A stretch of 63,904 bases of DNA, the filler included, from Octopus bimaculoides (Eukaryota): assembly GCF_001194135.2 (NCBI RefSeq). It is 4 parts of 4 records of this genome, joined end to end, with 100 filler letters (N's around TTAATTAATTAA, not from the genome) between each part and the next. Parts side by side here need not be neighbours in the genome. Positions count along the whole stretch, not along the records: positions 1 to 26,228 come from NC_068993.1; 3 more parts are not named here. One strand, given 5' to 3'. Of this stretch, positions 10,111 through 23,674 are shown one piece after another. The notes beneath the pieces were generated by a model. That model worked only from the letters and a program-made list of their open reading frames with translations. It did not search any database and was not told the origin of the DNA. The first letter of the stretch is position 1, and each line of letters begins with the position of its first letter. The translations under genes and the position numbers were made by a program.

Positions 10111-12390
10111 AACGTCTTCAATTATATTGTGTTGTGTGTGATGTATTGCTATATGTTATATGTAAATAAAGATAGCGATTAAATTCATGATCTTAAAGTT
10201 AACATATACGAAGATTTTTAGCTTAATTACTTCAGAATAAATAAGATAACTAAATACAAAAGACATATCAAATTAAGATGTAGAGAATTAGGGAAATTTA
10301 GAAAAGAAATTAGCAGAAAGAGAAAAAAATTAACTCAGAACATAGAGACGGACGAAATGCTGTTAAGCATTTTCCCTGGCGCAGTAATGATTCTGGCAGC
10401 TCGCTGCTTTAAGTAAAAGTATATGTGCACTGCAATATGGCTGGCTGAGTGAACAGGCTGATAATGAATAGTACAAGAGGGGAGAGTGAGGATAAAGTGT
10501 GTTGGGCGTGTAGTAGTAGCGACATTAGTACGAAATATGTGATCAGTATCCTTATGCTTGTATACTACTAGTAGCGTTAATACTAGATATATGACCAATA
10601 CACTTATGTGTGTCATCAAGTTGAATAACTGGTCAGTGATGGGCTATTTTCTGGTCTCGAAAAGGTTTTTGAGATGTATTTTTGGCAATGTTGTTGTTAT
10701 TTAACCTCAGGTCCACCCTGATCCTGTAGACCTATGATCATATATATTCCAGCTGTGATCATCTACTTTTATTTTTTTTAGATTTATATATTGTACCTTA
10801 CTACATTATGTCTTACTTTCTTTTTTTGTCAAGATAGGTTTTGATTTGAAAAATTTGTCACTGTTTCTAGCAAGTTAAGCAACTTCTTTGGTTCCTTCTT
10901 TGGCCTGTATTATATACGGCAGGTTGGTCGTGTCATGTCTTGACATTTTCAGGCTTTGGAAGAAATTATTTTACAGAGAATTAATTTTCTCTAAGCATCC
11001 TTAGCAGAGATCAAAAGTAATTCCAAGGCATCGTTAAAAAGAAGGAAAAAAATACTAATTTTTGAACACCAGTATTTCTTAGTGGGAACATGTTACACGG
11101 AACGGAAGTAAACGGTGGTCTAACAATAGGTTGCTGTTTGTAAGAAAATTCAAATTGCCAGTCAAACTGTAAAGTGTATTTTGATTATCGCTGTTCTGCG
11201 TGCCGGTTTTGCAATCCACTGTACACATTAGAAAATGTAATTTTTCTGTATCTTATACATAGGAATGAAAGTTCTGAGGCGGTATCGACCACTGAGAAAG
11301 TAAAATCATGCCTTAATAACGTGTTTGGAAGTCTGTCGAAGTCATTTGGAGTACGGTTCTTAGTGTTTTATACACAAAGTAACTTGAAGAGAAATTTTTC
11401 TGAGACAAAATTCCGCAACGAATTCCTTTCAGTTTCTAGTGTGCAGATGCTTGTAGGAAATAAATATACACATCTCCACATTAGCCTTCGTGCTACATAT
11501 ACATATGCATATACTCAAGTATGTATATGTGTGTGCGCGCGCGCGTATATCAGCAGAATACCTGACGTTGACCGGCTGAATAGCAATGGCCTACAGTTGG
11601 TCTTAATGATGGTACATTCGGTTTAGCAGAAAGCTATTGCATTGCTCTTGAAAAGTTAACTTTCATGAGAGAGCTTAAAATAGTTTTCCAATACGTATAT
11701 AGTAGTCTGGCTTCTAATGCACTTAGCCTTTGCCAATAGTCACTTAGTATCAGTAAAGTATTTCATAATTTAAGTTTATAAGGAACATATTAAATTAAAG
11801 TACTTTAAATAAGAACAGAGGATTGAGTAAAAGGGGAACAACTTTGTTACAGTTAAACTCTTACTGAATGTATTTTATCTTTTGATTCTGAAATTTTTTG
11901 ATTCTGAAATTATTTGATTCTTAAAACAATTCGAAACATAAGTAGAAACCGGAGTGCCAGGAAGTAAACACACATAAAAATGGAATAATTCTTAGAATGT
12001 ACGAAAAGCAGTGTGCCCAGAAGAAACCCACATACTCATGTATTGAAACTGCTAGACATGCAATGATAAAGAAATGATATTAAGAGTCGCAATAAACCAC
12101 AAGTTATATACGATGAAATCTGTACCCATTTTGAAGTCAATAGATAAAGAAGTCAAAAGATAAAGAAAAATTAAGAAAAAACTTAAAGGACACAAGATGC
12201 AGCAACAACAATCGTGCACGCCATCAGATCTTCCTTGCCATCTTTGTTTTTGTTAATCTTAATGATTGCCCTTCACAGTTATTAACATTATCGATATGCA
12301 GGTATTACATAATCAGAGGGAAACTGAAATTCTCGGATACGAAGAGCACCCGCCACCGTCGCCGGCGATATAAATGTGAAGTGATGTACG

Positions 12391-12486
12391 AGAGAGAAAG
12401 AGAGAGAGAGAGACAGGCAGACAGACAGAAAGACAGACAGACAGAAAGAGAGAGAGAGACAGAGAGACAGAAAGAGAGAGACAGAA

Positions 12487-12521
<35 letters not shown>

Positions 12522-12534
12522 AAGAGAGACAGAC

Positions 12535-12597
<63 letters not shown>

Positions 12598-12673
12598 NNN
12601 NNNNNNNNNNNNNNNNNNNNNNNNNNNNNNNNNNNNNNNNNNNNNNNNNNNNNNNNNNNNNNNNNNNNNNNNN

Positions 12674-12710
<37 letters not shown>

Positions 12711-12764
12711 AAGAGAGAGAGAGACAGAAAGAGAGAGAGAGACAGAAAGAGAGAGAGAGACAGA
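12391..12764. repeat. Compound (GA)n/(GACA)n/GAAA purine-rich repeat spanning an N-gap
   Basis: Seen directly. Confidence 0.95.
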
Positions 12765-12779
12765 GGCCTATGAAAAGTT

Positions 12780-13360
12780 TTCAAAATGTTTTCATCGTTC
12801 TCGACTCAACTAAGGAGTTCTTGTGCACCTGAAACCCGAATGAAAACAGGTTTGGCACGAACTTGGCGGACACGGGTCTTATACCCAAATCTTCAATGAT
12901 AATGGACTGAACCGTAACTAATCTGCACATCCTCTGATAACTCACGGATGGCGATTCAACGATTTCCCCTCACAGCTGCTCGCACATCTACGATGTGTTT
13001 CTCAGTTCTGCTGGTTGCGGGTCTCCCAGAACGTTCGTCAATATCGACATTTTTTCGGCCATCTTGGAAACATCTGGACCACTCGTACACTTGTGTGCGG
13101 CTCATACACTCTTCTCCATACACTTTCTGCAACTTCGCGTAGACCTCTGACCAGGTATTGCCACATCTTTCTGTCATGGTCAATGCAGCGATCACACGCT
13201 ACACACCTTCCTTCCTAGCGCTGCTGTAAACAGCGGAAGTGAGCTAGAATGTTAAAACTTAGTGCACATGCACATAGAGTTCAAGGTCAATCTGTGCCAA
13301 ACGGCTGTACTCAGCATCGTTACTATAGTAACAGTCCGGATACTTATTGATCAGACCTCG
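12780..13360 (-). mobile_element. Mariner 5' half with TIR and transposase HTH
   Basis: Minus strand TA|CGAGGTCTGATCAATAAGTATCCGGACTG; ORF EVYAKLQKVYGEECMSRTQVYEWSRCFQDGRKNVDIDERSGRP. Confidence 0.9.
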
Positions 13361-14424
13361 TATTGCTCGTAAAAGATTGAACACCAAAGACACGAAAGGC
13401 AAACGAGTCTGTATACCACAAAGGTAAAGTCGACTCCGGCGGCATTTACCACACACATTAAAAGCGAAAGTGCATGCATACCACACACACGTACATACAC
13501 ACACCCACACATTCCCACGCGCGCGCGCGTGAACACCAAAGACAGAAAGTGTTTTTACCTTAACATCCCTAATCACTGTTAGTGATCATCGGGGATCGAA
13601 CTTATTATACATAGCACTGCCAGGAATGAGAGCATTAGCAAATAAAGAAAAAAGAGAATATTTTAAATATGTTAATGATGATAATGATCAGCGAAATACG
13701 TATTTCCTGAAGTTATACGTTTCCATATTAAGGAATAAAGATTCTGTGTGACCGCATGTATTTTTGCTAAGATATTTATCGGCAAGTCCACAATTTGAAA
13801 TGTGTTCAATGTGATACGCATGACGTGCTCTTCTGTCCTCATTTAAAATACTTCTATTCACGTGAAGCCCACGCTCTGTTGGTACTACACACAAACACAC
13901 ACACTCTCTCTCTCTTATACAATTTCGCTCTCTCTACCTTTATATCTGCTAACTCTCCTGCATTCACTTTGTATGCCTTACTTGATGTATCTCCTTCTCC
14001 CTCACTCACTGACTTTCACTTATCCCCTCTCTCTCTCACGCACTCTCTTTCCTTCTGACTCTCCTCTCTCTCTCTCTCTCTTTTTCTCTCTCTCTTTCTT
14101 TCACTCATATTCTTTTAATGTCACTGTCAACGACCTGTCACGATCAAAACTCAACACAAACCAGCAAATAGTTTTATGATGGTCATTGCGATGACGAAAT
14201 TGATGGTGATGAAGATGAAAATGATGATGATGATAATGACATCGACGACGACGATGATGATGATGATATTATTTTACCACGAAAGCCCATTCATTTATAC
14301 AACAAAGTAGTGCAAAAAGGCATTACAAAATCGTGCATGGAAAATAAATATGAAGAAAGAATATACAATGGGTGCGACAGAATAAATTCCAATATTTTAG
14401 ATGCTCATTACTGTAGCACTAGTT

Positions 14425-14508
14425 ACGTTACATGATGGTATTAATGGTTTTAACGTTACATAATGGTATTAATGGTTTTAACGTTACATAATGGTATTAA
14501 TGGTATTA
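14425..14508. repeat. 28-bp minisatellite, three copies
   Basis: ACGTTACATAATGGTATTAATGGTTTTA units start at 14425, 14453 and 14481. Confidence 0.9.
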
Positions 14509-14631
14509 ACATTTTATCCTTTTCTTAGTTATCATCATCGTTTAGAGAGGGGTTTACTGTTTATCAAAAATGGCAAATCTCATATTTTTTGCCGCACACT
14601 GTACAATATTTGGTTTCAAATTTTGGCACAA

Positions 14632-14735
14632 AGCCAGCTATTTCAGTGGGAAAGAGTAAGTCGTATCAACTCCGAAAGAATGAAAGGCAAAGTCGACCCC
14701 GGTAGCATTCAAACTCAAAACTAAAGACAGACGGA
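14632..14735 (-). mobile_element. Partial SINE, family 2
   Basis: Reverse complement contains GAGTTTGAATGCTACCGGGGTCGACTTTGCCTTTCATTCTTTCGGAGTTGATA. Confidence 0.7.
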
Positions 14736-14912
14736 TCTGTTCAGCCTGGCTCACAGATTAAAAAAAAAATTTTTTTAAAACTAAACTGCTTGGAACTTCG
14801 TATGCTGGTGTGATTTAATTTCTCACGCAGAATACGGTTTACTTTGAACTTTTTCGACAAAATTTCGTATTTTAGAAGTTATTTCGTGTCAAAGTTATCA
14901 TATTTGGGTAAG

Positions 14913-15933
14913 TTTAACCAATCAACGACGTGTAATCAGATTAAGAAAGCTACTGCTATTTGCGATAGTAATCGAAGAGGTACAACTTCTGGATCATCTC
15001 TACTAAATGTCACCACTCTGTTCCATTTTTTATTTTTGTTTACTGTCTGTGTTGCATATTACACGCTTTTTTTTTTTTTTTTGGTTTATGCATCGGAGTA
15101 ACCAGTAAACATCGAAGAATCAATACCAAGAAGGAAGAAATATTATTTATACATATTTATTCGCTTGTCCGACATCGGTATTTAAGCAGCAGGACAGAAT
15201 TTGGGGGAAAATTTTGGTTTTATCCACACAAAGCGCACCGGTGTTTAAAAGACCTATAGAGCTACGGATCCGCAGCTAGCTTTTTTGTTGTTGACATCTA
15301 TGTAGTTTCAAAATGCTTTATTTTACAACTATGAGATGTATTGTCATTGTCATGATTTTATCTTACTATAATCAACAGCAAACACATTCCGTCAATATAA
15401 AAAGTCTTTATTAGATTAGAAATAACATTATCAAAACATGAAGGTAAAACAAAACAAATATGCTTTGTTTTCTTCCAGGCACCAATGTACTGTAGCCGTA
15501 GTCTTTCACGTTGTCTACCAACCGACCTTTTCTCTGAAAAAGGCAGTGGAATCAGTCGATCTCCATATACAAATTATTTTCCTCCTGAAACTTATAGAAA
15601 AGTACACATATTAGGCGCACCTTTCTATAAGCCGCACACTAAATTCCCCAGATAAAAAATAGCGGCTTATACACTGGAAAATACGGTAATTGTAGTGGCA
15701 GTGACAAGTTTGCTCGCTGCTTGGTAGTTGATAGTGTAGAAGTGGCTATTTGCCAGTAGAGAGGGAAAGAGCAAGGAATGCACGGTGCTGACTAGAAAGG
15801 AAGAAAGGAAAACATACGAATAGAACAGAGTGGTGACATTTAGTAGAAATGACCCCGAAGTTGTTCCTCTTCGATTATTATCGCAAACAGCAGTAGCTTT
15901 CTTCATCTGACTACACGTCGTTGATTGGTTAAA
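14913..15933. repeat. 111-bp inverted repeat pair (14913-15023 / 15823-15933)
   Basis: Manual alignment gives 8 mismatches in 111 bp, no gaps; spacer about 800 bp. Confidence 0.9.
15150..15686 (-). mobile_element. Pogo/Tc1-superfamily-like non-autonomous element
   Basis: Minus-strand end TACCGTATTTTCCAGTGTATAAGCCGC with subterminal GTGCGGCTTATA repeats; the other end is degenerate. Confidence 0.5.
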
Positions 15934-16775
15934 ATTACTTCGGATTTTTTAAATATGCTTAGCCAGTGGTTTTAATTGATAAATATCAATTTCTACCCCT
16001 ATTATTTAATTTTTAAATAAAAAAAAGAAGTTCTCTAACGGGTAAGTTAGCTGCAGAAATTTATTAACTGCAGAATTATTTCCGGCCTCAGCGTACCAAA
16101 ATGAAGACATTTGAAAGATACCCGAAAATATAATTTGCAGAACTTTGTACATGTTCTCTTTCGGGTGAGTGTTCTGTGTCTAGTTCTGGAAATTGTATTT
16201 TGTAAACGACAGACTACGCTTATGAACTTGCAGATATTTGCATTAGTAAATATTAACAAACGAAACCATTGGTACGCAGGTAATCGTTTTTTATTTCGTA
16301 TATTTTCATTTGTCTTGCTCATTTTTACATTTTGGCGTTTGCTAAAACTTTTTTTCTTGAGAACACACTCTTTGTGGTAATGGCGATTTGACGTCTANNN
16401 NNNNNNNNNNNNNNNNNNNNNNNNNNNNNNNNNNNNNNNNNNNNNNNNNNNNNNNNNNNNNNNNNNNNNNNNNNNNNNNNNNNNNNNNNNNNNNNNNNNN
16501 NNNNNNNNNNNNNNNNNNNNNNNNNNNNNNNNNNNNNNNNNNNNNNNNNNNNNNNNNNNNNNNNNNNNNNNNNNNNNNNNNNNNNNNNNNNNNNNNNNNN
16601 NNNNNNNNNNNNNNNNNNNNNNNNNNNNNNNNNNNNNNNNNNNNNNNNNNNNNNNNNNNNNNNNNNNNNNNNNNNNNNNNNNNNNNNNNNNNNNNNNNNN
16701 NNNNNNNNNNNNNNNNNNNNNNNNNNNNNNNNNNNNNNNNNNNNNNNNNNNNNNNNNNNNNNNNNNNNTATATAT

Positions 16776-16939
16776 AGGCGCAGGAGTGTCTGTGTGGTAA
16801 GTAGCTTGCTTACCAACCACATGGTTCCGGGTTCAGTCCCACTGCGTGGCACCTTGGGGAGGTGTCTTCTACTATAGCCTCGGGCCGACCAAAGCCTTGT
16901 GAGTGGATTTGGTAGATGGAAACTGAAAGAAGCCCGTCG
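16776..16939 (+). mobile_element. SINE family 1, complete head and core
   Basis: AGGCGCAGGAGTGTCTGTGTGGTAAG...GGTTCAGTCCCACTGCGTGGCACCTTGGG...GAAGCCCGTCG, then TA/TG tract. Confidence 0.9.
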
Positions 16940-18488
16940 TATATATGTTTATGTATATATATATATGTGTCTGCGTGTGTGTTTGTGTGTCTGTGTTTGT
17001 CCCCCCATAAGGTTACTGTTGTTTTAGCCTCGGGAGACATCGTCTCTAGCTGGCTATACGACACACATCTGTGTCCTTATATTTTCGAATTGGGGAGTTT
17101 AACACCCACTCAGCCCAAAGCAATATCTGTGAACTGCGGTTTCTGGCTTATTTCTCTTCCTCGGCACAGAATAACTGCCTACCTGAGATGGTGCTTCCAA
17201 ACAGAGATACTGTGCGTTCGTCGTTGTATCTACGTCCGGAATTCCAAGGTGCACGTAGGGTATATTTTAAAACGCACACACGCGCATACTTTTATACACA
17301 TGCATTCACACACATAAATACAAGTGAATGTAATATAAGTGAACATCAAACATTGCGCAGTACATCTACACATGCATGTGGAACCGCCACCCGAGTTTGA
17401 CAAATGCACTTCACGACCATGGCCATCTTCCATGTCTATGTATATGTAAACTAAGTATTGAAAATAGTCGGTCCCGAAAAGCTTTGAGTGACTCAGGTTT
17501 TGGAGCAAACAAGAAAAGGTCTGTTCCGGTGGTTAAGCTGCCACAGATTATACAGCTGGATCTGGATATTCTGTATACTTCAAATATTTTAATAATTATT
17601 CTTGCAAGCCGTTTAACTCATCCACCAATGCCTTGTTAGTAATTCAAAGATGGGTTACTCATGTGTTTTGCTCACCTTTTGCTTGGACTCGTTGAGTTTT
17701 TTTCTTTTCCATTATCCTTGATAGTTGCTATCCTTGTTCATTCTCCATTTTCTTTTCATCGTTGTCAAACGATGAAGTGGTATTGTTGTTTATAGTTAGT
17801 TCCTGGCACAAAGGTTGAGACAGTCACTATCGCAATCCCCGAAACTGCGATCAGTGTTGCTCTAGAAATTGTAGTTTTTGTCATCAGCTGTTGTTGCTGT
17901 TCTATGGGCTGTTACTCAGGTTCTCTCTTTTTCTGCCTTTCAACTCTTCTGTACCGAAAGGCATTAAATGGCTCTTACTAATACACATATAACAGCTGGC
18001 TTTTTTTGCCCTCTACCCCCCAGGTGCATAGCTTTCCTTTCTGCGTCGTCAATGGGGCATGGTAAACTTCTTAATGGCACAACCATGTCTGTGTGCATAG
18101 TTTACAACACAGCATAGTGCTTCAGGCAAATAAGGTTATTGGTGCTACAGCTATTTCTAGGTGTATTTGTATGGTTATTTCAAATAAGTTATGAAAAAAT
18201 AGTGTTTACGATAGTGTTGAATAGTATCCAATGGTAATGAGAATGTGACTAGTTATTTCAAAGTAATTTCTTATGCAGTAGCTAAGGTAGTGGGGGTTAG
18301 AAGTTGTTGTGGGGAGAAATTGTACACTTCAGTGGTTGGTGTAAAGCTGTACGTGCATGATGTACTAGTGCTTGCGTGTATGCTCTATTTTTAATACCAC
18401 TGGTGGGTTCGAGAGTGTGACAGAGGGGGTTTATAGTATTGTTGTGGAGTTGTATGTGAATGGCTATATTCCTGATATAGTCTTATAC

Positions 18489-18531
<43 letters not shown>

Positions 18532-18552
18532 NNNNNNNNNNNNNNNNNNNNN

Positions 18553-18604
<52 letters not shown>

Positions 18605-19404
18605 TTGAGATTTAATTTCTTCGCGGACTTCAAGCCCGTGACTAAGAAAATGATAAAACTGCTTTGTTCGAATCAAGACACTTCCAAGAATTTATATACG
18701 TGTGAGAGCTAGCTCATGTGTGCATATATGTAGGTGTATATGTCAATGTACTTTTACTCATCTAATGGGTGTATAAGTCTCATTAGTACACGAATACCTG
18801 TGTGTGTGATTTACGGACACGCGTGAAACCTTTTTTTTTTGTCTGTACGTGTGTACGTGTGTATGCTGTATGCATAGATGTAATTGTGTATATTTTCATT
18901 CTCAGAAACCCAAATGAAAAATCTTTGAAATGTTTTTCAAATCTTTGTATAGCACTAAGGCTTCTATGCAAATCTGTTGTTTCTTAGTCCAGCATGTCTA
19001 TGATGGAAGGTACAAATAAAAATCTATAGTTAGGTTACAAGAGTTGTAACATCTACTTAGTTTACCATAGACATTCTCTATTTTCGTTTTCACGACACTC
19101 ACATCCGCTACACAGTTAATTTATCCCATAGAATAATGTCAAGTCCGTGGTGTTTGCACTGTATCGCTCCTTTTATGTGAAAATTCCACCAGTATTTCTT
19201 ATTTATAAATGTATCATTTCATTCTAACTCTGTCAAATATAGACAGTTTGTGTTATCAATGATGTGAAAATGCTGGTTAGTACCTCCTTGTCTTGATGGT
19301 CAAGTTATGGATTCGTACTATCAATGTTACAGCAAAGAGAACTATTAAAGGCTGCCTATCTGTTTGTGTCTTTCTGTTTTTCTCTGGCTCTTTGTTTGTC
19401 TGCC

Positions 19405-19447
<43 letters not shown>

Positions 19448-19938
19448 AGAATGCATTGTGACAGAAAAAGGAGACAGATACAGTAAGGTAAGAATATCAT
19501 TCTTGCCACAATCTGAAAAATTGTTTGTGAGGTTTTTGTTGTACATTTCCACGTAGTCTGAATAAGTACCAATAATAAATTGTGAGTACTTAATAAGAAA
19601 TTATTATTACAAATATTAATGATTATAATGACCACTGTCGTTTATAATACGGATTATCATTATAGTATGATCGATTTATATTTTCACTATTTCGTTTAAA
19701 ATTTAGATATATTTGCTATCATTATCCGTATACCAGATTATACTTCACAAAGATGTAAAACAAAGAAATCAAATGTATAAGAAGATTTGAAAGACTTGAA
19801 AATAACGAGAATACATTAGTTGATGGCAGTAGCGTCTTTAATTAGGCAAGATGAAAAAAACTTACCAGATGCAAAATGACACGGTGGCATGTGATGAAAT
19901 ATTTTCAATCACGAGCACGCACAGATATATTTGTGTGT

Positions 19939-19987
<49 letters not shown>

Positions 19988-20219
19988 CGTGTGTGTGAGA
20001 GAGTGTGTGTGTGTATCTATGTCTGTGTCTGTGTGGGAGTGTTGATATTTATTCCTGGTAGTCTATCTTTTTGGAACCATTTTAATGTCTGTGCACATCC
20101 AAGAACTTATATATTTACAAACGAAGATACACACATCAGACATACATGTGGATGTGTTTCTGCATCTCTCTCATTTATACACCCACGTGTGGGTAAATAC
20201 ATACATATATGTATATTGA

Positions 20220-20250
<31 letters not shown>

Positions 20251-20649
20251 GTAAATAAATAGAAATTTGTGTATGTATAAATTCAGTCATCTAAATATAT
20301 TTTTCCTTTTTCCTTGAGGTCAAACATTTACGACCCACTCACTACCTCCTTCATACACACCCATCACTTCCCACTCACCTCCTCTTCTCCCATCTCTTTC
20401 TTTCTTCCCAATTCTCTCTCGCTCTCTCTCTCGTTCTCTCCTTCAAGCATTAGCACTTCCCTCATCATTCCTCTCTTTCCGTTACTTACCCTCCAGCGCC
20501 ACCACCCGTTGAATGAATAGTGTCGTCTCCGTGAGAAACCTGTGTGGATACATTTTCATACTGATAAACGGTTATATATGGAAGTAGATACTCTGCTTTC
20601 CGTGCAGATTGAGAGATTGGGGCTTGATACACACACACAAACACGCACG

Positions 20650-20728
<79 letters not shown>

Positions 20729-20803
20729 CAAACTAAATTCTGAAATATTTATCAAATTCCAGCTTGACGTGTCAAATTCGAAGCTTGGCATAAATATTTA
20801 TGA

Positions 20804-20834
<31 letters not shown>

Positions 20835-21829
20835 TCGACACACATGTGCATCAACAGCCAATGCATATACTGACGTCGAAATAAACACATGCATGAAATC
20901 ACTTTACATATTACAACACTTTCCCTCTCACTAATCTATAGTCTACATTTTCTATTTGTTTATTACTTTTGGTCGTGTTTATTTCATATTGCTTTTATTT
21001 AATTATTTTATATTTTCTTTCCTTCATCGGACGTTCAGAAAGTCTCAGCCTCCTTACCAACGACCACTGCTTCTCCGGTTTACAGTATATTTATCAATAC
21101 TTTAACACTCGGCTTACTGCTATCTTAAATGTATAAAGACCCACGAATTTTTATCGCACAATCTTCTCACTTTTCCCTTTATCTTTAACCTTTTTTTTTC
21201 CATTTGAATATTTTTTTCAGCTGTAAGAAGAAAAAAGCCCAAATCTTTAAGCAATGGCCCGGAACTTATAAAATAAACAGAACGAAAAACGCCGGAAAAA
21301 CAGCTGGATATAAAGAAATATTGGAAGGTTTACAAGAATTGGTTTGCTGTATTTTATTTCTATGTCTTTTAAGGAAAGAGAACCAATATTACTAGGTTCC
21401 TAATTTCTCTGGCCACGTACTTGTTGACGGTATATTATATAAGTTGATATTGACCTCACTTAATTTAATACCAGTATCTGGGCCACGGGCGACTTTAGCG
21501 AAGTCCTCCCAGTTAAAAAACCTTCAGGCTAAGTCTCCAGTCTGAATATTACTTTTTCCTTTGCTCCCACAAGCCCCAGGGCCTTAAAGCATTTCCCTTG
21601 CTTCTCTAACGAAAACATAAAGAATAATTAACATTAGTGGAAAAGTAATGATGTTTATAAGGATAAAGTTTAGAACAATTGAAGTCCATGTCGACTTCCT
21701 CAGAGATGTTAGTGTGGTTAACGTTTCGAGTTGTGGAAAGCACTACACATGCGCGTGCGCACGCATATCGATTTATATTGAAGACACAACTGTCTAATAT
21801 CTTTAATATGATTATTATTATTATAAATA

Positions 21830-22028
21830 AGGCGGTGAGCTGGTAGAATCTTTAGCATGCCGGGCAAAAGGTATAGCAATATTTAGTCAGCTTTTACGTT
21901 CTGGCTTCAAATTCCACTGAGGTCGGTTTGTCTTCCATCTTTTTCAGGGTACCAGTTGAACACTGCGGTCGATGTAATCGACTTACCCTTCCCCTGAAAT
22001 AGCTGGCCATGTGCCAAAATTTGAAACT
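21830..22028 (+). mobile_element. tRNA-derived SINE, family 2 (head GGCGGTGAGCTGG(C/T)AGAATC)
   Basis: Head, B-box-like TTCAAATTCC, body GAGGTCG...CATC...GTACCAGTT and tail GTGCCAAAATTTGAAAC shared with the 29283 copy. Confidence 0.85.
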
Positions 22029-22632
22029 AATATTTTCACAAATGAATTTTCTTATTTCTTTATTTCTTCATCGTTCTTTAATGTTTAAGTTTGCAACAAA
22101 AACATTTCAAAGTTCATTAAAGTTTCATCACTCTCGTGGTCATATATTCTGAATGGTGACAGAGACGTGTTATTGAAGCGTCCTGTTATATGCAGGCCGC
22201 AAAAAGCTTGGGTATAATTTAACAATTAATTCTAGATTATTTTCATCCTTTATTTTAAGTTTTCTGTATTTTTTAATTGAGGTTTCGTTTGATTTTTTCT
22301 CATAATAAACCTTCCATTGTTAATCTTTTAGTTGTCATTAAATCCTAGAAAGGATTTCATTACCACTACTGTTGCAGTGGCTGTATTTGTAAATGCATGG
22401 TTACCCAGCAAGAAAGTGTTGTACTTCCTTTAAAAAAAAATTGAGTTCTTGAAATAATATAACTATTCTTGGGTGTAAGTTCTCGTTCTTGGAATGAATA
22501 AAGTCATTTTACTCTTAGAATGAAATAAAAATAACACTTGGAGAGATTTATTGCAACTTATCCAAAAACGAAATAATACAATTAGGTTTGGGATTAAGAT
22601 ATAATTCGTCTTCCAAATAAAGCGTACGAACG

Positions 22633-22918
22633 AGGCGTAGCTATGTGGTAAGAAGTTAGCTTCCCAACAGCATGGTTCTGGGTTCAGTCCCACTGTGTGA
22701 CACCTTGGGCAAATGACTTTTACTATAGCTCAGTTCGATCAAAGTTTTGTGAGTGGATTTCGTAAATGGAAACTGAAAGAAACCCGCTGTATACACACAC
22801 ATACACACACATGTCTTAGTATGTACATGTATGTATGTATGTGTGTATGCGCGTTTTTGACCCCACCAATACTTGTTAACCGTTGTTGGTGTATTTACAT
22901 CCCCGTAACTTAGCGGTG
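22633..22918 (+). mobile_element. SINE family 1 with internal microsatellite and part of the 3' tail
   Basis: Head and core 22633-22789; tail module CCCCACCAATACTTGTTAACC...CCCCGTAACTTAGCGG. Confidence 0.85.
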
Positions 22919-23674
22919 TGTGTGTGTGTGTGTGTGAAACAAGTAAAAGATAAGTCTTTACAATAAAAGATATGAATGTGATTATAACGTAAAAATACGT
23001 TTTCTCTTGGAACGAAAGAATAGAATATCCACCTTGTATAAACATGTTCATGATTTTTTAAAATGATTACTAACGTTATTGTGTGTTTGAAGGGATATCT
23101 TTATTCTTCAACATTTCGTTAATTTTAAAGGAATTGCTTGCGAAGTGAATTCAAAAAAAAAACTACAAGATTACGAGAGCAGCAGCCACTGGATGCTAGA
23201 GACGCTAAATGGTTTAATGCATATCAAAAACACGATGAGATCATTAACATTTGCCTACATCTACACATATACACTCATAGGTGCACACACAACTTCCCTC
23301 CACACATACGCGCGCGCACACACACACATACACATAGACACGCACATATATGCACGCGCACACATACACACACACATAATTAGTTGACTCCAGTATTTTT
23401 TAAAATTATTTCCGGTTTTAATTTCTAAGGGTTGTATGTAGTGCTGCAAATAAAGATTTATATCATAATTTCATAAACGTGTATGTCCGTGTGCTTGTAG
23501 TGAGTTTTCTTTTATTCAGTTAATGTTCGCTGTTTTCTATGTTTATCATTTTTCATCTGCACACACAAGTGCGTCAGCAAATGCACACATATAGAATATT
23601 TACATGAGTGTAAGCATAATAATTGTGATTCGTATATTACAACTGAATATGGGAACTACAAAATTGGTATCGGC

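Noticed and set aside
11174-11626. 150-aa ORF as a gene
   Set aside because: No recognisable domain, the tail is microsatellite-derived, and donor sites are weak. Kept only as a possible exon fragment at 11263-11350.
14425-14508. Short tandem units as CRISPR repeats
   Set aside because: The units are contiguous with no spacers, the context is eukaryotic, and there are no cas genes.
16776-16850. SINE heads as tRNA genes
   Set aside because: They have A/B-box-like motifs but no complete cloverleaf, and they continue into SINE cores.
17500-18480. Coding-like minus-strand stretch, possibly a LINE 5' region
   Set aside because: No continuous frame or diagnostic motif could be read, so it is left unannotated.
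19450-19487. 38-nt micro-exon (ECIVTEKGDRYSK, kringle-start-like) with AAG|GTAAGA donor
   Set aside because: The acceptor is supplied by a (TGTC)n microsatellite, the exon resembles the repeat itself, and no kringle continuation was found.
21681-21730. Minus-strand GAAACGTTA followed by CTGAGGA and a GAAGTC/GACTTC hairpin
   Set aside because: The motifs do not close into one hammerhead: there is no GAAA after the hairpin and no stem I.
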